Of a stretch of 64,000 nt of DNA, positions 12,486-26,100 are shown one piece after another. A program made the position numbers and the translations under genes. Location: assembly GCF_001949145.1 (NCBI RefSeq), contig NW_019091360.1, positions 3,036,864 through 3,100,863 of the forward strand, read 5' to 3'. The notes under the pieces are model-generated. The model did no database searches, was not told the DNA's origin, and was given only the letters and a program-made list of their open reading frames with translations. Within the stretch, counting starts at the first letter, position 1. The number at the start of each line of letters is the position of its first letter. The DNA comes from Acanthaster planci. Lineage: Eukaryota.

Positions 12486-12660
12486 ACACGTGCGTTTTAC
12501 AATTATAGTGCGCCTCCAGGACTTTGGAACGCGTTGACTAATCACAGTATGCGAAATCTGTCGACCCAATGCACGTTTGGATGGGGTCGACAGATTTCGC
12601 GCTCTGTAATTGGTCAAAGCGTTGCAAACTCTTGGAGGCGCACTATTATCAATCGCCCGT
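12486..12660. mobile_element. Palindromic MITE of about 170 bp, copy A
   Basis: TAGTGCGCCTCCA...AAATCTGTCGACCC...GGGTCGACAGATTT...TGGAGGCGCACTA hairpin; same family as 44403-44564 and 54996-55167. Confidence 0.8.
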
Positions 12661-13147
12661 TTGCTATCTGATGGCCTCGCACAGATTTTAGTGAAGGAAA
12701 GTCACACAGGGTCAAAGCTACCGACGCGCAGAACGTTGTGGGTAAATTTCTGCTAGGCTCGAGACCTCGGTCAATTTGACGGTTCTCAACTCGATATTTA
12801 TTCTTCTTCAATGCAGAAAATATTCTCACTACACTTTTTTAAATAAAAAAATTGATCAAGATAACCAATGATTTGAAATATATCGCCAAAAGACACGTGA
12901 TCAGCGATATTTTGTGAGAAGATGAAATACCGTGATTTTACCAAGACCATGTTTCTGTTATATAACTTATGTCTGCGTCAAAGCAACCAAGTAACGCTTC
13001 TCTAATGAGAGGAAGTGATAACCTTGCGGTCGGAGGTCGTGTTCAAAGAAGAAAAATACAATGCAAAACCACCAGCTCTTCCAAGGCTCTTGCGGGCGAC
13101 GAGCCAAAATCGCCCGTCACACGAATTAAGCTCATGGCGCTATAGAG

Positions 13148-14140
13148 TAACGAAGTGAATACGTCACACGCACAATAACTGTGTAAAAGGCATTAGCGCG
13201 AGAACCAGCGCGTGAACGAACACGCGCACGTACTCCATTCGTTTCTGGTTCATAGTGACGTCACACTTCGGTACTCTACGACAACGAAATAAAAGAGGTT
13301 TAGTTGCGCGTTCTACGTGAACGCGAACGCGAAAAAAGTGTGGACTCTTGTTGACGTCATTGCTTCGTGCGTATTGCCTCTCACGTACAGGCACGAACGT
13401 ATATATAACAGATGTGGACTTGCAACGCCTGGTGTGAAATAGAAGCCACACAGTGGCCATTTTACCGAACCGAATACAAAATGCGCGGGTTGGCTCGCTT
13501 GCCATTGTACCTACTGACGCTCGGTAAAATGGCCACTAGTGGATTCAGTGATCTCTATAAGCTGATTAAGGACATTGCGAGTCCAGATTTTTTTATCTAC
13601 GTCCCTGCGTACAGGTGGTTCGCACAGACGTCCAATACGTAAAACATGGGAAGTTCTCGTTGGATCAAAACGTGAGAAACTGCAACTTTTTCGGTAGGTT
13701 TAAAATTATGCATTGAACATTTGATGATATGAAAGGGACATTTTTGGAAAGTTTTGGAAAGGCTATGCAATTGGGAGTTTTTCATGCTTGGTTTATGATG
13801 ACCGATGACACTTCTTTTGAGAGATTTTACCGGATGTGTTTGATTTGTCCTTTTATTCGAGAATTCATTGGAAGATGCGGGACGCGCATCCAAGCTTTCA
13901 AACCATTGATCTCCATTATATAGACAATGGAGATCAGTGTTTCGAACAGGCATTTGACGCCCGCGCACCCGTGTCGCGTCCGATACCTCCCTCATAGCGA
14001 TTAGCGTGTCGTATTTTGTGGGTGCATTGCGGGCCGGGCCCACGTTATCGATTACTTCTGAGTGATTTTGAATACATTGTAGTCGTTGGGAAGTCTGAAA
14101 AATTCGTGACAATCTTCTTTGTTTGCTCGAAACAAAAAGT
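13148..14140 (+). mobile_element. Possible decayed Merlin/ISXO2-like DNA transposon
   Basis: Broken fragments in the expected order: DMKGTFLESFGKAMQLGVF, HVIDYF, VGKSEKFVTI / SSLFARNKK. These resemble the Merlin motifs SIRKGTFF, TVIDW and IGGxGKIVEIDESLFAKRK. Recognised by eye only. Confidence 0.35.
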
Positions 14141-17100
14141 GTGTGGGGGGGGGGGTGATGTGACAGCCCATCACTCCACCTCAAAAAGTGTGTGTCAGGG
14201 GAATAAGCCTAATACCCCTATCCCCAGGATCTACACCCATGCCTCCTTGTGACGTCAATAAGACCCTTACCTATAATACCCCTTGGTTACAAGTGAGCTC
14301 TTTTAGTTTAGTGCATGAGCCAGTGGGTTACGGAGCATTATACAAACGCCAAAAAAACCAGCACGAGTCCAAATGATAAGAAATGACCCAACCTTTTCCT
14401 TCCTCGCTATATGCTCATCCGGAACAAGATTAAAACCATTACTGTGTGGTCGCGTAATGCCCGTGAGCAGGTGGTACGCGCGCGCTCAACACCTCTTTGA
14501 CCAATAGGGTGTTGCGACTTGCCAAAGCACGCGCGCTGAAGTTAAAGAACTCACGCGTGAGAATCGATGTCTCCTCGGTGACCTCGAACAGGCCTAAGTC
14601 TGAAAGTATCTGGGGTCCTACACACTATGGCCGGAGCATCACACAAAACAAACTCCATGTACCAATCGTTTCAAAAAGGGCGTATCTTGAATCAGATGCT
14701 GAAATTCACCCGATTTCGATGTTACCAATTTCCGTGCTAAGGCAAATTTGAGGATTAAAAAATAAAAATTGCGGCTCGCGGTTATCGATTTTGAAGTCGA
14801 CTTTCCGCTCTGTCTGCTGGAATTTTAGTATGAACTCCATTTCCCACGTGCCATCCCGGTAAATGTTAACAATGAGCGTGTAAATGCCAACGGAAATCAA
14901 TCGCATACTCAGCTACTTTTACACGTTATTGATCAGGCTTCGGCTTTCACGGGTTCCGTAAGTAAATTTGACCGCCGACACCTTTCCAGGACAGCAGGTG
15001 TTCTGATTTGAGCCCTGGATTTACTTTCCCGCCAGTTGATCGTATGTACGCGGATCGGAAATTTGGGCAGCATCAGTGAAAATCATGCAAATTACAATAG
15101 CAGAGTGCAGAAGAGATGAAAGAATTCTTCGAAACCCCATATCTTAACAGTCCTACTGTCATTCCTTTGGCAAGTCCGAACTTTACCAAACATAATTGAA
15201 GGAACACTTTCAAATCTTGAACCACATGTATGTACATACACGCGGAGGCATTTTATTGGAAACTTTCACCGAAAAAGGATAAGAATATTGGGATTTAAGA
15301 AATATACTGCTCACATTTCAAGACTGTACAACAATGCACAATAAGTTGTGTCAAAACACAATAAAAGATACAAATAAATCTTTCCAAAATGCTATTTTTA
15401 ACAAAACACAAGTGGTAAACAAAACATGCAGTGGGCCAAATGTAGCGAATTATTAACTGCAATGGGACGAACCCAACATTTCATCAGAATATACACAACT
15501 TGGCAAAAGAATATCATGTAGCCTAATCCAATGCCCCCAAATAGAGGCTATGACTGCGGTGTCGCGCTCGCATGCAAGCGGTGCGCGTGCGTTGAGTACC
15601 TCTTCCACCGTGGGCTCCGAGCTGGACCAAGAGAGGGCGCAATTTCCAAGTAACTGTAGTAACTGCGCATCGCTACCAACAAAATGAGCGCTCCTGACCA
15701 ACACAGTTTTTTTTTTCAGCCGATGAGGGGGTGCTCCTGCTCAGGGCGGATAGGGAGCCGTCTTGTCCAATAGCCAAATTCGAGCACGCGTCAGGGTTGA
15801 GAACATGCGCGCGAATGCCGCCGCAGTTATCACATCTCCTCGTTTGAGTCTAAGCCAAAATAATAAGTGGGAAAAGAAATACAATGTATAAGGATTTAAA
15901 CATGCTTCAAAACAAAACCGCCAAAGCAACAACGCAGATGCAAAAGCACCACCTCCCTAAAAAAAGAAGAAATTCCGATGAGAAAGTCATAATCTTAACA
16001 ATCCACAGTAATAACTTCTCTGATTTCAACCATTCCCACACAAGGCAGCATCTCTGAATAAACTTTTCAAACCCAAAAGCCAAAGGCTGAACGACCAAAC
16101 AAAAAACATTCAAAGCAAAAACAAGCCTGACATGTCAGCAAATGTAAACTTTCATCACTTGCGGTTTGCTCACGAAAAATAACAAGTTGAAAGCTAAACA
16201 AAGATTTTTTTTCCTCTCCAACTTCTGTGCGGTAGAACTCACTGGTGAGGGACCCTTACCAGTGCCGGGTGCGAGGGGTCACACCTACCTACGCCCTCCA
16301 TAACACAAAGACCCCGCCATAACTGAAATGCTGACAACACTCACAAGTAACAACAACCTCATCAACCTCTTACCTTGATTAACCTTCTTATATACACAAA
16401 CATGTAGATTATCTGCTGAAACAAGATACAGGAATAAAATTTGATAAAAAACATGACGAGAATACTTCATTTAGTTCTCGATACTTTGTGCTTGGCATGA
16501 CAGGCAAAATAAAAAAATATCACTTGTAGTTTAGGGAAACAAAATACTGTAGATTTTCAGCCAGCATCACGAAAGTTAGAATGCTGAGAATAGAACTACA
16601 GTAGGTGAAGTAAAATCATAATCTCCGATCTCGTCTAGCGAAATAATGAGAACAAAATATGAGAACTGATGCCAACTCATCCACTGGTATTTCTTCCCTG
16701 ATTAACAGCAAAGACGAGGCTATTGCTAATCACTGCTTTAGGCTGATTATAACCTAATAAGAAAAATCATCGAAAACATCCAATCTAGAAAAATACAAAT
16801 GTAATAAGAAGGAAAAAGTGGGTCTAGAATTTGGTAAAAAGACACCAGGTAATTACCACTCAATTGGTCTGTTTTACACCTCACCCACAGCTTCTGTGTC
16901 TTGATTGGCCAAGAGCCAGTCACATGGCATTTCCTAATTTGGCTATATTGTGCTTTTTACAGCTAAAAGAACTGCACTTTTAACAACCACAGTACCAAAC
17001 CCCTAGCAACAAACAGACAATATGCATGACCACTGGCCTGTGTACAAATGCATCATGGTATGCGCACTGCACTCATTCTGAAGNNNNNNNNNNNNTGCTA

Positions 17101-18201
17101 GCGCTACATACAGAGCTGGGTTTCAGACATCCTGTGAAGAGTTATATTGGAAAGTGCTGCAAATTTCCAACAAATTTCTGATTCAAACAGCCGCAAAGTT
17201 TATGAATATTTAGATCAAATTAATCAGTTAAATCACGCAGAACCTGCAGGAGACGTGTTGTAAAATAAATATTGGCAACTTTATCTGAAAATTTGGCCTC
17301 CAAATGATGTGCTCCATAGATCACCTCAGGAGGTTAGTTTCACTACACCACTCAAAGTAGTCAAAATTGTACTTCTAAATCAATGTCAAAATGCAACACC
17401 ACAGAGCTAGCTAATAAAGCAATGAATAGAGTGTAATATATCTTTAGAAGACAAAAATAATCCTTTCTAGATGAATTGAACACCTCAATGCAAAGATGTT
17501 GTAAACCTTGATGCAATAGTAGCAATAAACTTGAATAAAAGATTTAGATATATTTCTTTATCAAATGGTTCTGAAGTGTTAGCCTATGTGAAAGAAATGT
17601 GATCGTATCTCTACAAGACAAAATGCACTATGTATAACGAACTCACAATCAGAGATATTTAACTGAAGGTAGCCTGCATTTACATGTAAATTCTCCTTCT
17701 TCTGAGCTTGCAGTAAAGACGCTACTTTTGTACTTTGCCTTTTCAGGCTAGAAGGCCAGCTACTAAGCTCAGAGGTCAAAGTTCACTCATGAATGTGAAA
17801 CATTCTCAGTATCCATGCTCACAACAATTGTGCGCATTGTGCCTGACACTGCAACTTCCAACTATTGTGCCATCTTGATTTTCAATTCCATGAGTATTGT
17901 GGCTGGTCACATGTAGATGTACTCTGGCAATATCATGAAATCCCTTCTTTTCAAAGCCACTATAAACAAAAATGTACAAATTCTTGATTTTTAGCACTGC
18001 TGTGTGCTTAAAATTGTAGCGTATTTTAATTCTGATAGTAATATGAACATATGTCAAAAATATTTGAAGGATTGAAGAAACTATTAAAGCAGTTGGAAAG
18101 TCAACTAAAAATGATTTTGCTTATTCATGCCATTTTTGAGTTACTTTTGAAGTTCCTTGGTGCGATGTCCCAGGAAGTATCCGAGGAAAAATTGGGCGTG
18201 T

Positions 18202-18245
18202 TTAGGAGACTTTGTTGACAGCATCGATCAAGATGTTCAGGTCCC
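18202..18245 (-). other. Second identical copy of the PAH exon 13 coding segment
   Basis: Same 44 nt as 20063-20106, inside the gap-bounded duplicated block 17096-18973. Confidence 0.85.
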
Positions 18246-20062
18246 CTTTCAAGGCAGAAAGAAACAAAAACAGCAATAAAACGTTCAGCTTTCTAATAAC
18301 GCATGAGTAAACCACCTCAAGGGTGCCCTCGATGAATTTTTCTTAGGTTCAGTTTGGTAGGGTCTTTACACTTTTCTTCAATGCATGGAAACTGTCCGGC
18401 TTCCTTTGTGCATTAGAAGTTCTTGTGGTCAACTGAGGGTGCTGTCAATCAGGGAAGGCACAGTTAACCTTCTCTTTTTCCCTTTAAATTGTTAACCAAT
18501 TTTTGTTCATTGAAAACACCTATAAAAGAGGGTTGCTCACTGGCTTACTGTCAAGTACTTGCACAGCAGTAAATCACCAATGGAAAGGAAAAGTAGGTTA
18601 AAAAAAGGTCTGACATTTTACATAAAAAATGAGTTCCCTGATTGACAATTTTAAATGTTTAAAAGAGTGCTCTCTTCAATACACTATACCCCTGGGGGAT
18701 GTCAAACTGTTTTCAGGCAATGAAGCAAAATAAGTGCCGCTAAGAAAACTTTATTGCCTTGGACCTCTGAAACGAGATTAGTTAGGCTTATTGGTGTCAG
18801 CATACGTACCAGTCACTTGCCACCAGTTCACTTTTGTATTCTTCATTTTATGAGCACATTAGTTCAAGCATGGCAGACACAATGCAGGCCCATAGGCTGG
18901 GGGGGGGTTGGGGGTTTGAACAAACCCCCCCCCGCTCGCTTCCGAGTTCCGCTCGTGTTTTTTTTTTTTTTAANAGCTAGCGCTACATATACAGAGCTGG
19001 GTTTCAGACATCCTGTGAAGAGTTAAATTGGAAAGTGCTGCAAATTTCCAACAAATTTCTGATTCAAACAGCCGCAAAGTTTATGAATATTTAGATCAAA
19101 TTAATCAGTTAAATCAAGCAGAACCTGCAGGAGACATGTTGTGAAATAAATATTGGCAACTTTATCTGAAAATTTGGCCTCGGGGAAAAATTGATATGCT
19201 CCACAGATCACCTCAGGAGGTTGGTTTCACTACACCACTCACAGTAGTCAAAATTATACTTCTAAATCAATGTCAAAATGCAACACCACAGAGCTAGCTA
19301 ATAAAGCAATGAATAGAGTGTAATATATCTTTAGAAGACAAAAATAATCCTTTCTAGATGAACTGAACACCTCAATGCAAAGATGTTGTACACCTCGATT
19401 CAGAAATAAACTTGAATAAAAGATTTAGATATATTTCTTTATCAAATGATTCTGAAGTGTTAGCCTATGTGAAAGAAATGTGATCGTATCTCTACAAGAC
19501 AAAATGCACTATGTATAACAAACTCACAATCAGAGATATTTAACTGAAGGTAACCTGCATTTACATGTAAATTCTCCTTCTTCTGAGCTTGTAGTAAAGA
19601 TGCTACTTTTGTACTTTGCCTTTTCAGGCTAGAAGGCCAGCTACTAAGCTCAGAGGTCAAAGTTCACTCATGACTGTGAAACATTCTCAGTATCCATGCT
19701 CAATGCTGCAACTTCCAACTATTGTGCCATTTTGATTTTCATTTCCATGAGTGTTGTGGCTGGTCACATGTAGATGTACTCTGGCCTTATCATGAAATCC
19801 CTTCTTTTCAAAGCCACTGACAATTATTAATGTACAAATTCTTGATTCTTTGCACTGCTGTGTGCTTGGAATTGTAGCGTATTTTAACTATGATAGTAAT
19901 ATAAACATATGTCAAAAATATTTTAAGGATTGAAGAAACTATTAAAGCAGTTTTTGGAAAGTCAACTAAAAATGATTTTGCTTATTTATGCCATTTTTGA
20001 GTTACTTTTGAAGTTCCTTGGTGCGATGTCCCAGGAAGTATCCGTGGAAAACTTGGGCGTGT

Positions 20063-20106
20063 TTAGGAGACTTTGTTGACAGCATCGATCAAGATGTTCA
20101 GGTCCC
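20063..20106 (-). CDS. PAH: PAH exon 13 coding part ([14 protein letters not shown])
   Basis: 44 nt to TAA, after a pyrimidine-rich AG acceptor; tetramerisation helix. Confidence 0.9.
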
Positions 20107-23100
20107 CTTTCAAGGCAGAAACAAACAAAACTGCAATAAAAGGTTCAGCTTTCTAATAACGCATGAGAAAACCAACTCAAGGGTGCCCTCGATGAATTTT
20201 TCTTAGGTTCAGTTTGGTAGGGTCTTTACACTTTTCTTCAATGTAGTGCTCTCTTCAATACACTACACCCCTGGGGGATGTCAAACTGTTTTCAGGCAAT
20301 GAAGCAAAATAAGTGCCGCTAAGAAAACTTCATTGCCTTGGACCTCTTACACGAGATTAGTTAGGCTTATTGGTGTCAGCATACGTACCAGTCACTTGCC
20401 ACCAGTTCACTTTTGTATTCTTCATTTTATGAGCACATTAGTTCAAGCATGGCAGACACAATGCAGGCCCATAGGCTGGGGGGGGGTTTGAACGAACCCC
20501 CCCCCCCCGCTCGCTTCCGAGTTCCGCTCGTGTTTTTTCTTTTTANNNNNNNNNNNNNNNNNNNNNNNNNNNNNNNNNNNNNNNNNNNNNNNNNNNNNNN
20601 NNNNNNNNNNNNNACCCTATGGGCACTTCGAATTTTTGCTTCGAACGTTTGTATATGAAGCAATATTTTACCTCCAATTTCACAAAAGGTGAAATCTAAT
20701 CAAACTCCAAATATTCTGATTCATAAATGTTGATTTCATATAACCGCTACAAAGTTCCACTGACATATTAATTTGGTCTGATTTTCCGATTTTTTTTCCA
20801 AAGTGCAAAATGAAATGAGCCTCAAAATATTTTTTACCATTTTTAGTCAGGTGAGTGGAGGTAATAATTCTTTACTAGAATTTATCACTTTTTTAACCTT
20901 TTGAAATTTGCTGTGGGATTTTCTGGGATTTTTTTAATAATTATGTTCATATCATTTACTCGTCACCCAGCGCCAGATTCAAGGTTCTGAGTGAAGAGCA
21001 AATTCATATACCGGGCTAATTTACAATACGCCTTGAATATTGAAAACTGAAGTAGGGGGCCCACGCAAGTCTTACATGCATCCTTCAGTTCGTGACAAAT
21101 ATGGAACTTGTCGATGTTGTGTTCCAAAGCACATTATGATAGGCCTTTGTATAAAAATATGTGTTCACAGTGCCCAAAGTTCCACTTTTGGGTTTGACAA
21201 ACTACCCCCCCAGTCCCTGGTCAGGCAATGCGCCTGCAAGGGACGGGCAGATAATAGACCGGCATGTGTGACTGAAATGATTGCTGCCACCAAGTGTCTC
21301 CTATTTGGTTGGAGTATAATTTCATGTAAGATTGACAGATTTCCAAGTCCCTTCCCGGCAAAGGTTACAACCTGCCTCTTCGCTTCCAGGAAAAATTCAT
21401 GAAACTGAAACCCCTCGGTAGGCCTACTATCTGAGGTCATTTTTGCATTCCACCCAATTTTGGGGGAAAAAAATGTGAAGATAGGTTCACCAAGGTTACC
21501 GTTTTATGAAAGAAAACAAATTGGGGCTTGTAATGTTATAGAAGCAAAAATTGTCTATTCAAATTTAATTTTGCCCATCCTCAGGCCGGACAGGTGGACG
21601 GGTGGCAAGATGAGACACTGAGCCGGAGTAGCAAAAATGATGTGAGATACGGGCAACCTGACTTACCTCGGATAGACTGGGCCAGCTCCTTCAGCTGTGT
21701 CTTCTTCTCCAACACCTCCACCGACTGAGTGTAGGCATTGTAGCGGACCGAGAAGGGCCGCGGGATGACGGAGGCAAATTGCCTGGAAAAGAGATTGATG
21801 AGCAACACTTTCCTGATCTGTGCACTTGATAACATACAGCTGGGTTTCCGTTGCCTCAAACTTGTGTGTTTACACGCACACCCTCTTATCTTCTGGACGA
21901 GTTTGGCTACAATATTAGTGCACTGTAATTAGGAATGTATCTGACCTATGAAATACAGGACTAGAAGGGTTTGTAACTGCTCATGAATCTTTTTATAGAT
22001 CGTGAGTTCTCCTATTGGACTGGTATCCTAAAAATCACGACATGATCACTCTATAAATTTGAGGTCCAAAAGTGTGTCATATTTGTGCCCCTGTTACACT
22101 TGACCTGTGTAATGTAACACTGAACTATCACTGAGTTTGACTTCAAAGTATTTTGTTTGACAGGTAGTTTGCATTACTTCAATGCTCTTGGAAATTCAAT
22201 AATGTGTTCTGAAGTACAAACTCATACGTCAATATCATACATTGATTTGTGAATGACTTGCAAGGGACTTGTAATTTGGCTTGTAACTAGTGACTGAATC
22301 CTGACCGATCTATGGTAAATTAGTATTGATTCATGCATGACTAACTTCAGATTCTGTGATTGACTTGTGACTGACTTGTGATATGACATGTGATGTGGCC
22401 TGTGACTGATATGTGACCCGACTTCTGATGTGACCTGTGACTGACTTGTGATATGACCTGTAATTGACTTGTGATCTGACTTCTTATATGACCTGTGACT
22501 GACTTCTAATCTGACTTTTGATATGATCTGTGACTGACTTGCAATCTGACTTCTGATATGACTTGTGATTGACTTGTAATCTGACTTCTGATATGATCTG
22601 TGATTGACTTGTAATGACTATTGATATGACCTGTGACTGAGTTGTAATCTGACTTTTGATACGATCTGTGATTGACGTATCATCTGACTTTTGATATGAT
22701 CTGTGACTGACTTGTAATCGGACTTCTGATATAACCTGTGATTGACTTGTAATCTGACTTCTGATATGATCTGTGATTGACTTGTAATCTGACTTCTGAT
22801 ATGATCTGTGATTGACTTGTAATCTGACTTCTGATATGATATGTGATTGACTTGTAATCTGACTTTTGATATGATCTATAGTTGACTTGTAATCTGATTT
22901 CTGATATGACCTGCATGTAAACTTACAACTGCATTTTGAGTAGCTTGTGATGATTTGTACGGCTGGATCAATTCAAAAATATTCACGATTCAAACCTTCA
23001 ATTCGATCATATATCCAAGTATTTTGTCAGATTGACCGACAGATTGTTGACGAAACTATATTCAAAATCAGTTGCAATAATGCACACAATTGTATACTAT

Positions 23101-26100
23101 AATCACTATGATAACTTCTTACATCTGGGAGTATCTCCAGCCACAATTTAGCAAGATTTAAGAGACGAACAAACTTCTTGCCCTGTTGAAACTTTCTGTT
23201 CCTTTTAAATTTTCAAATGAATAATTTACTTTTGGAGTCATCATAAGATTTCTGTTGCTTTTTACTGAGTCTGCTTGAAACAAGCCTCCATAATGCAATT
23301 TTTCTCATTTAGACCAAAAGAAACTTCTCCCATTTCATTAGCATTTTTATATTCAGAAAATAATATTTGATAATCAATTGAATATTCAGATAGTTGGCAC
23401 AGCCCTAATGATTTGACTTGTGATAGCCTTCTGACCAACTTGTGACATTTGATGATATTCCTGAAGCCTCAGATTCAAAGCCTGATCCAGTCCATTTCTT
23501 TCTTCACGTTCACTTTGATTATTATTTCCACAGCTTTCTGTCCCTGTAACTAGCTTTTCACACTTTAAATCTACATATTGAAATGAACATACCTCATTTT
23601 ATCCTTGGCGTCTTCAAAGCTCTCGGCTACAAAGTACATTGGCTGGAAACTGGAGATGGGGTATTTCTGCACGGCCGTCTTAGCCGGGTTAAAGGGTTTG
23701 AACTCAGGTTTGTCAGTCAGACAGTACTGGGAAATAAACGGAAACCACAACTGAATAGGAATCTTCCATTCTTTATATTGAAACAAAGGAGACAATCAGA
23801 AATGTTGGTTGTTACTTCATCATGTGTCCACAGTCTTGTTAGTCTGTATTGCTGTTTGGCTGTCTGTCTTTTACCGAGCTGTTTGTCATTTGTCTACTTG
23901 TTTGTTGTTTGGAGTGAGTTTCTGAGGTCTACTGGATTAACTTGAAGATGTGCATGATGCCCGTCTTCCAATTGACTGTTAATGTAGCTGAAGCATAGTC
24001 ACTGTTCACTCAGTTTTCATACACATAGAGAAATTTGCAGTACAAACATGTACCAAGTGTGAACATTCCTGTTTTAGTGTGGTAAAGAAATCTGAGAGTG
24101 ATACTAATTTATCCGGCGCTGTGGACTGCGGTTTCCTTTACTGTTCTTTGTTTTGCCAAACCTAGCCCCAAATATGTACAAGACTGTTCTTCAGAGAGGA
24201 GAGTAACCTCATGTGGACCTTGCTTAGTCTAAACAAGGTTCACATGAACCCTTCACTATGTGGACCCATTTTGTTCTCAAGTCCACACAATGTCCACTCA
24301 AGAAAAGCCAACACTTGCAATGTTTTCATTTTGGTTCCAAATCTTACCTGCAGTTCCCCGTAGGAGGACAGCAGCCCAGCACCGTATGCTTTGCGTTGAC
24401 CATTCTGAATACACATCCCGAACTCCACAGTGAACCAGTAGCACTGACCAAACGGGAAAAGTACACACACTCAAAATAAGTTTTTCATGGTATTTTTAGA
24501 AGCCCAGCTGGAAAAAAATTCAAAAACCCCAGAGGTTAATACATGTAACTACTAAAGGTTTGCGGTAGCAACATGTGACCATCTTTTTTGCATTATTCAG
24601 GTCTATACCCATACATATACTAAAACAAAGTATCTTCTCACAAGTGATTTTTTTGCGCCTTCAAACAGTTTATGTATGAATGAGAACTTACTGTTGACAG
24701 CTTCTCTATGTATTCATCAGGTGCACCCAGAGAAGCAAGACCAATCTCCTGAAAGGAAAGTGGAAAGTGTCATATATGCCTAAGGTCAATAAAAAGGCTT
24801 TAGCAGTTAAGTACTTAACTCCAGTCTTCCTGGACATGAGATAACGGATATTAATTTTCCCTTATCTTCCCAGGGTTGTGTTTCAGTAGTCTGGTTTCCA
24901 GATGTAACGGGCCGGTAGCCATCACTGACCAAAACAGGCCAAGGGGCAATGCAAGATGTAACTTAAGATGTAACATCTTGAATGCAACTAGTACATCTCT
25001 GTTACTTTGTAAAACTCAGTGTCAGGCAAAAGCTGCAACAAGTACTTTTTTTAAACAGTGAAAAGTCAAAGAGAGGGAAAACAATTTTCACACTGTGGAC
25101 ATCTGGAAATAATAGACAGTCTCCAAAAATTCAATGAGTAGGGTTTGGAAATTTCAGACAGTGATGGAAACATTCAGAAATTCCTTCTGTTTTGGTCATG
25201 CAACCGTGGTGGCAACCAGACCTGAAAATAAATCTCAATTGGTCAGCACATTTGGTCTGGGAACCAGACAAACATTGTAGGTCCATTGTAGGTTACCCTC
25301 CAGCTAACACCCATACCTAATTAAATTTCTGAGCAAAAGCAGTGGGCTTACTCAATCGGCACACAGCAACTGGATTCGAACCCCTAACCACTGGATCACA
25401 ATCAAGTCAAAAAGTCGTCTAATTTTCAACCTCCTACATAACAGATCCTATGTAATTCCAAATCAGACACCTTATTTCATTTCCATGAATCAGCTTCCAA
25501 TTTGTTTTTTCCACGAGTAAATTGAACACCACAGAGAGCCAACTTCAAAACTCACCTGTGAAAACTGAGCAAAGCTCGGATCAGCAAACAACGGCACATG
25601 TCCAATCAGCTCATGGCAAACATCACTGTCGGAAAAAAGAAGAAAAGACAATTCAATATGCAAGATAATCATTCGTAAGACATTAAAATCAATGTCCATG
25701 TGCATGCATAAAAAATGATGTCACTTAAATGCATCTTCAATGAAATGGCTTATGTGAGTTTAGTTTATGGTACTGACAGAAGACATCATTTCAAATAAGT
25801 GCATATGGCGCGGAACGTGTGCAAGATCAGTTTTATTGGTGCCCCAGTATCATTATCATTATGCGTGAAATAGCCTATGTACTAGAGCATGATTATTTGA
25901 TTTTACCAAAAATCCACATTACAAAAATAGATAAAGAGAAATACAATAAATCATGAGGTTGTTAAAATTACTAAGTCATACACAGATAGGAAATTAAGAA
26001 AAAGGTTGGTCAAAATCCTATGTTCCCATATCTCATGAACAATGCCGCAATACCGACAAGGTTACATGTAGCTGTCATTCAAGAGCCTAATGAGAGGAAC

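Larger units (their letters stand above)
17096..20545. repeat. Tandem duplication 17096-18973 / 18975-20545 (PAH last intron end, exon 13, 3' UTR)
   Basis: Near-identical blocks with scattered SNPs and indels; only the left copy has about 280 bp extra (about 18384-18665). All three junctions coincide with N gaps. Confidence 0.9.

Noticed and set aside
22350..22915. CRISPR-like array
   Set aside because: Head-to-tail repeats with no unique spacers, inside a eukaryotic intron.
25345..25405. tRNA gene (GGTTCGAATCC on the minus strand)
   Set aside because: Only a B-box fragment with no cloverleaf; probably a SINE remnant.
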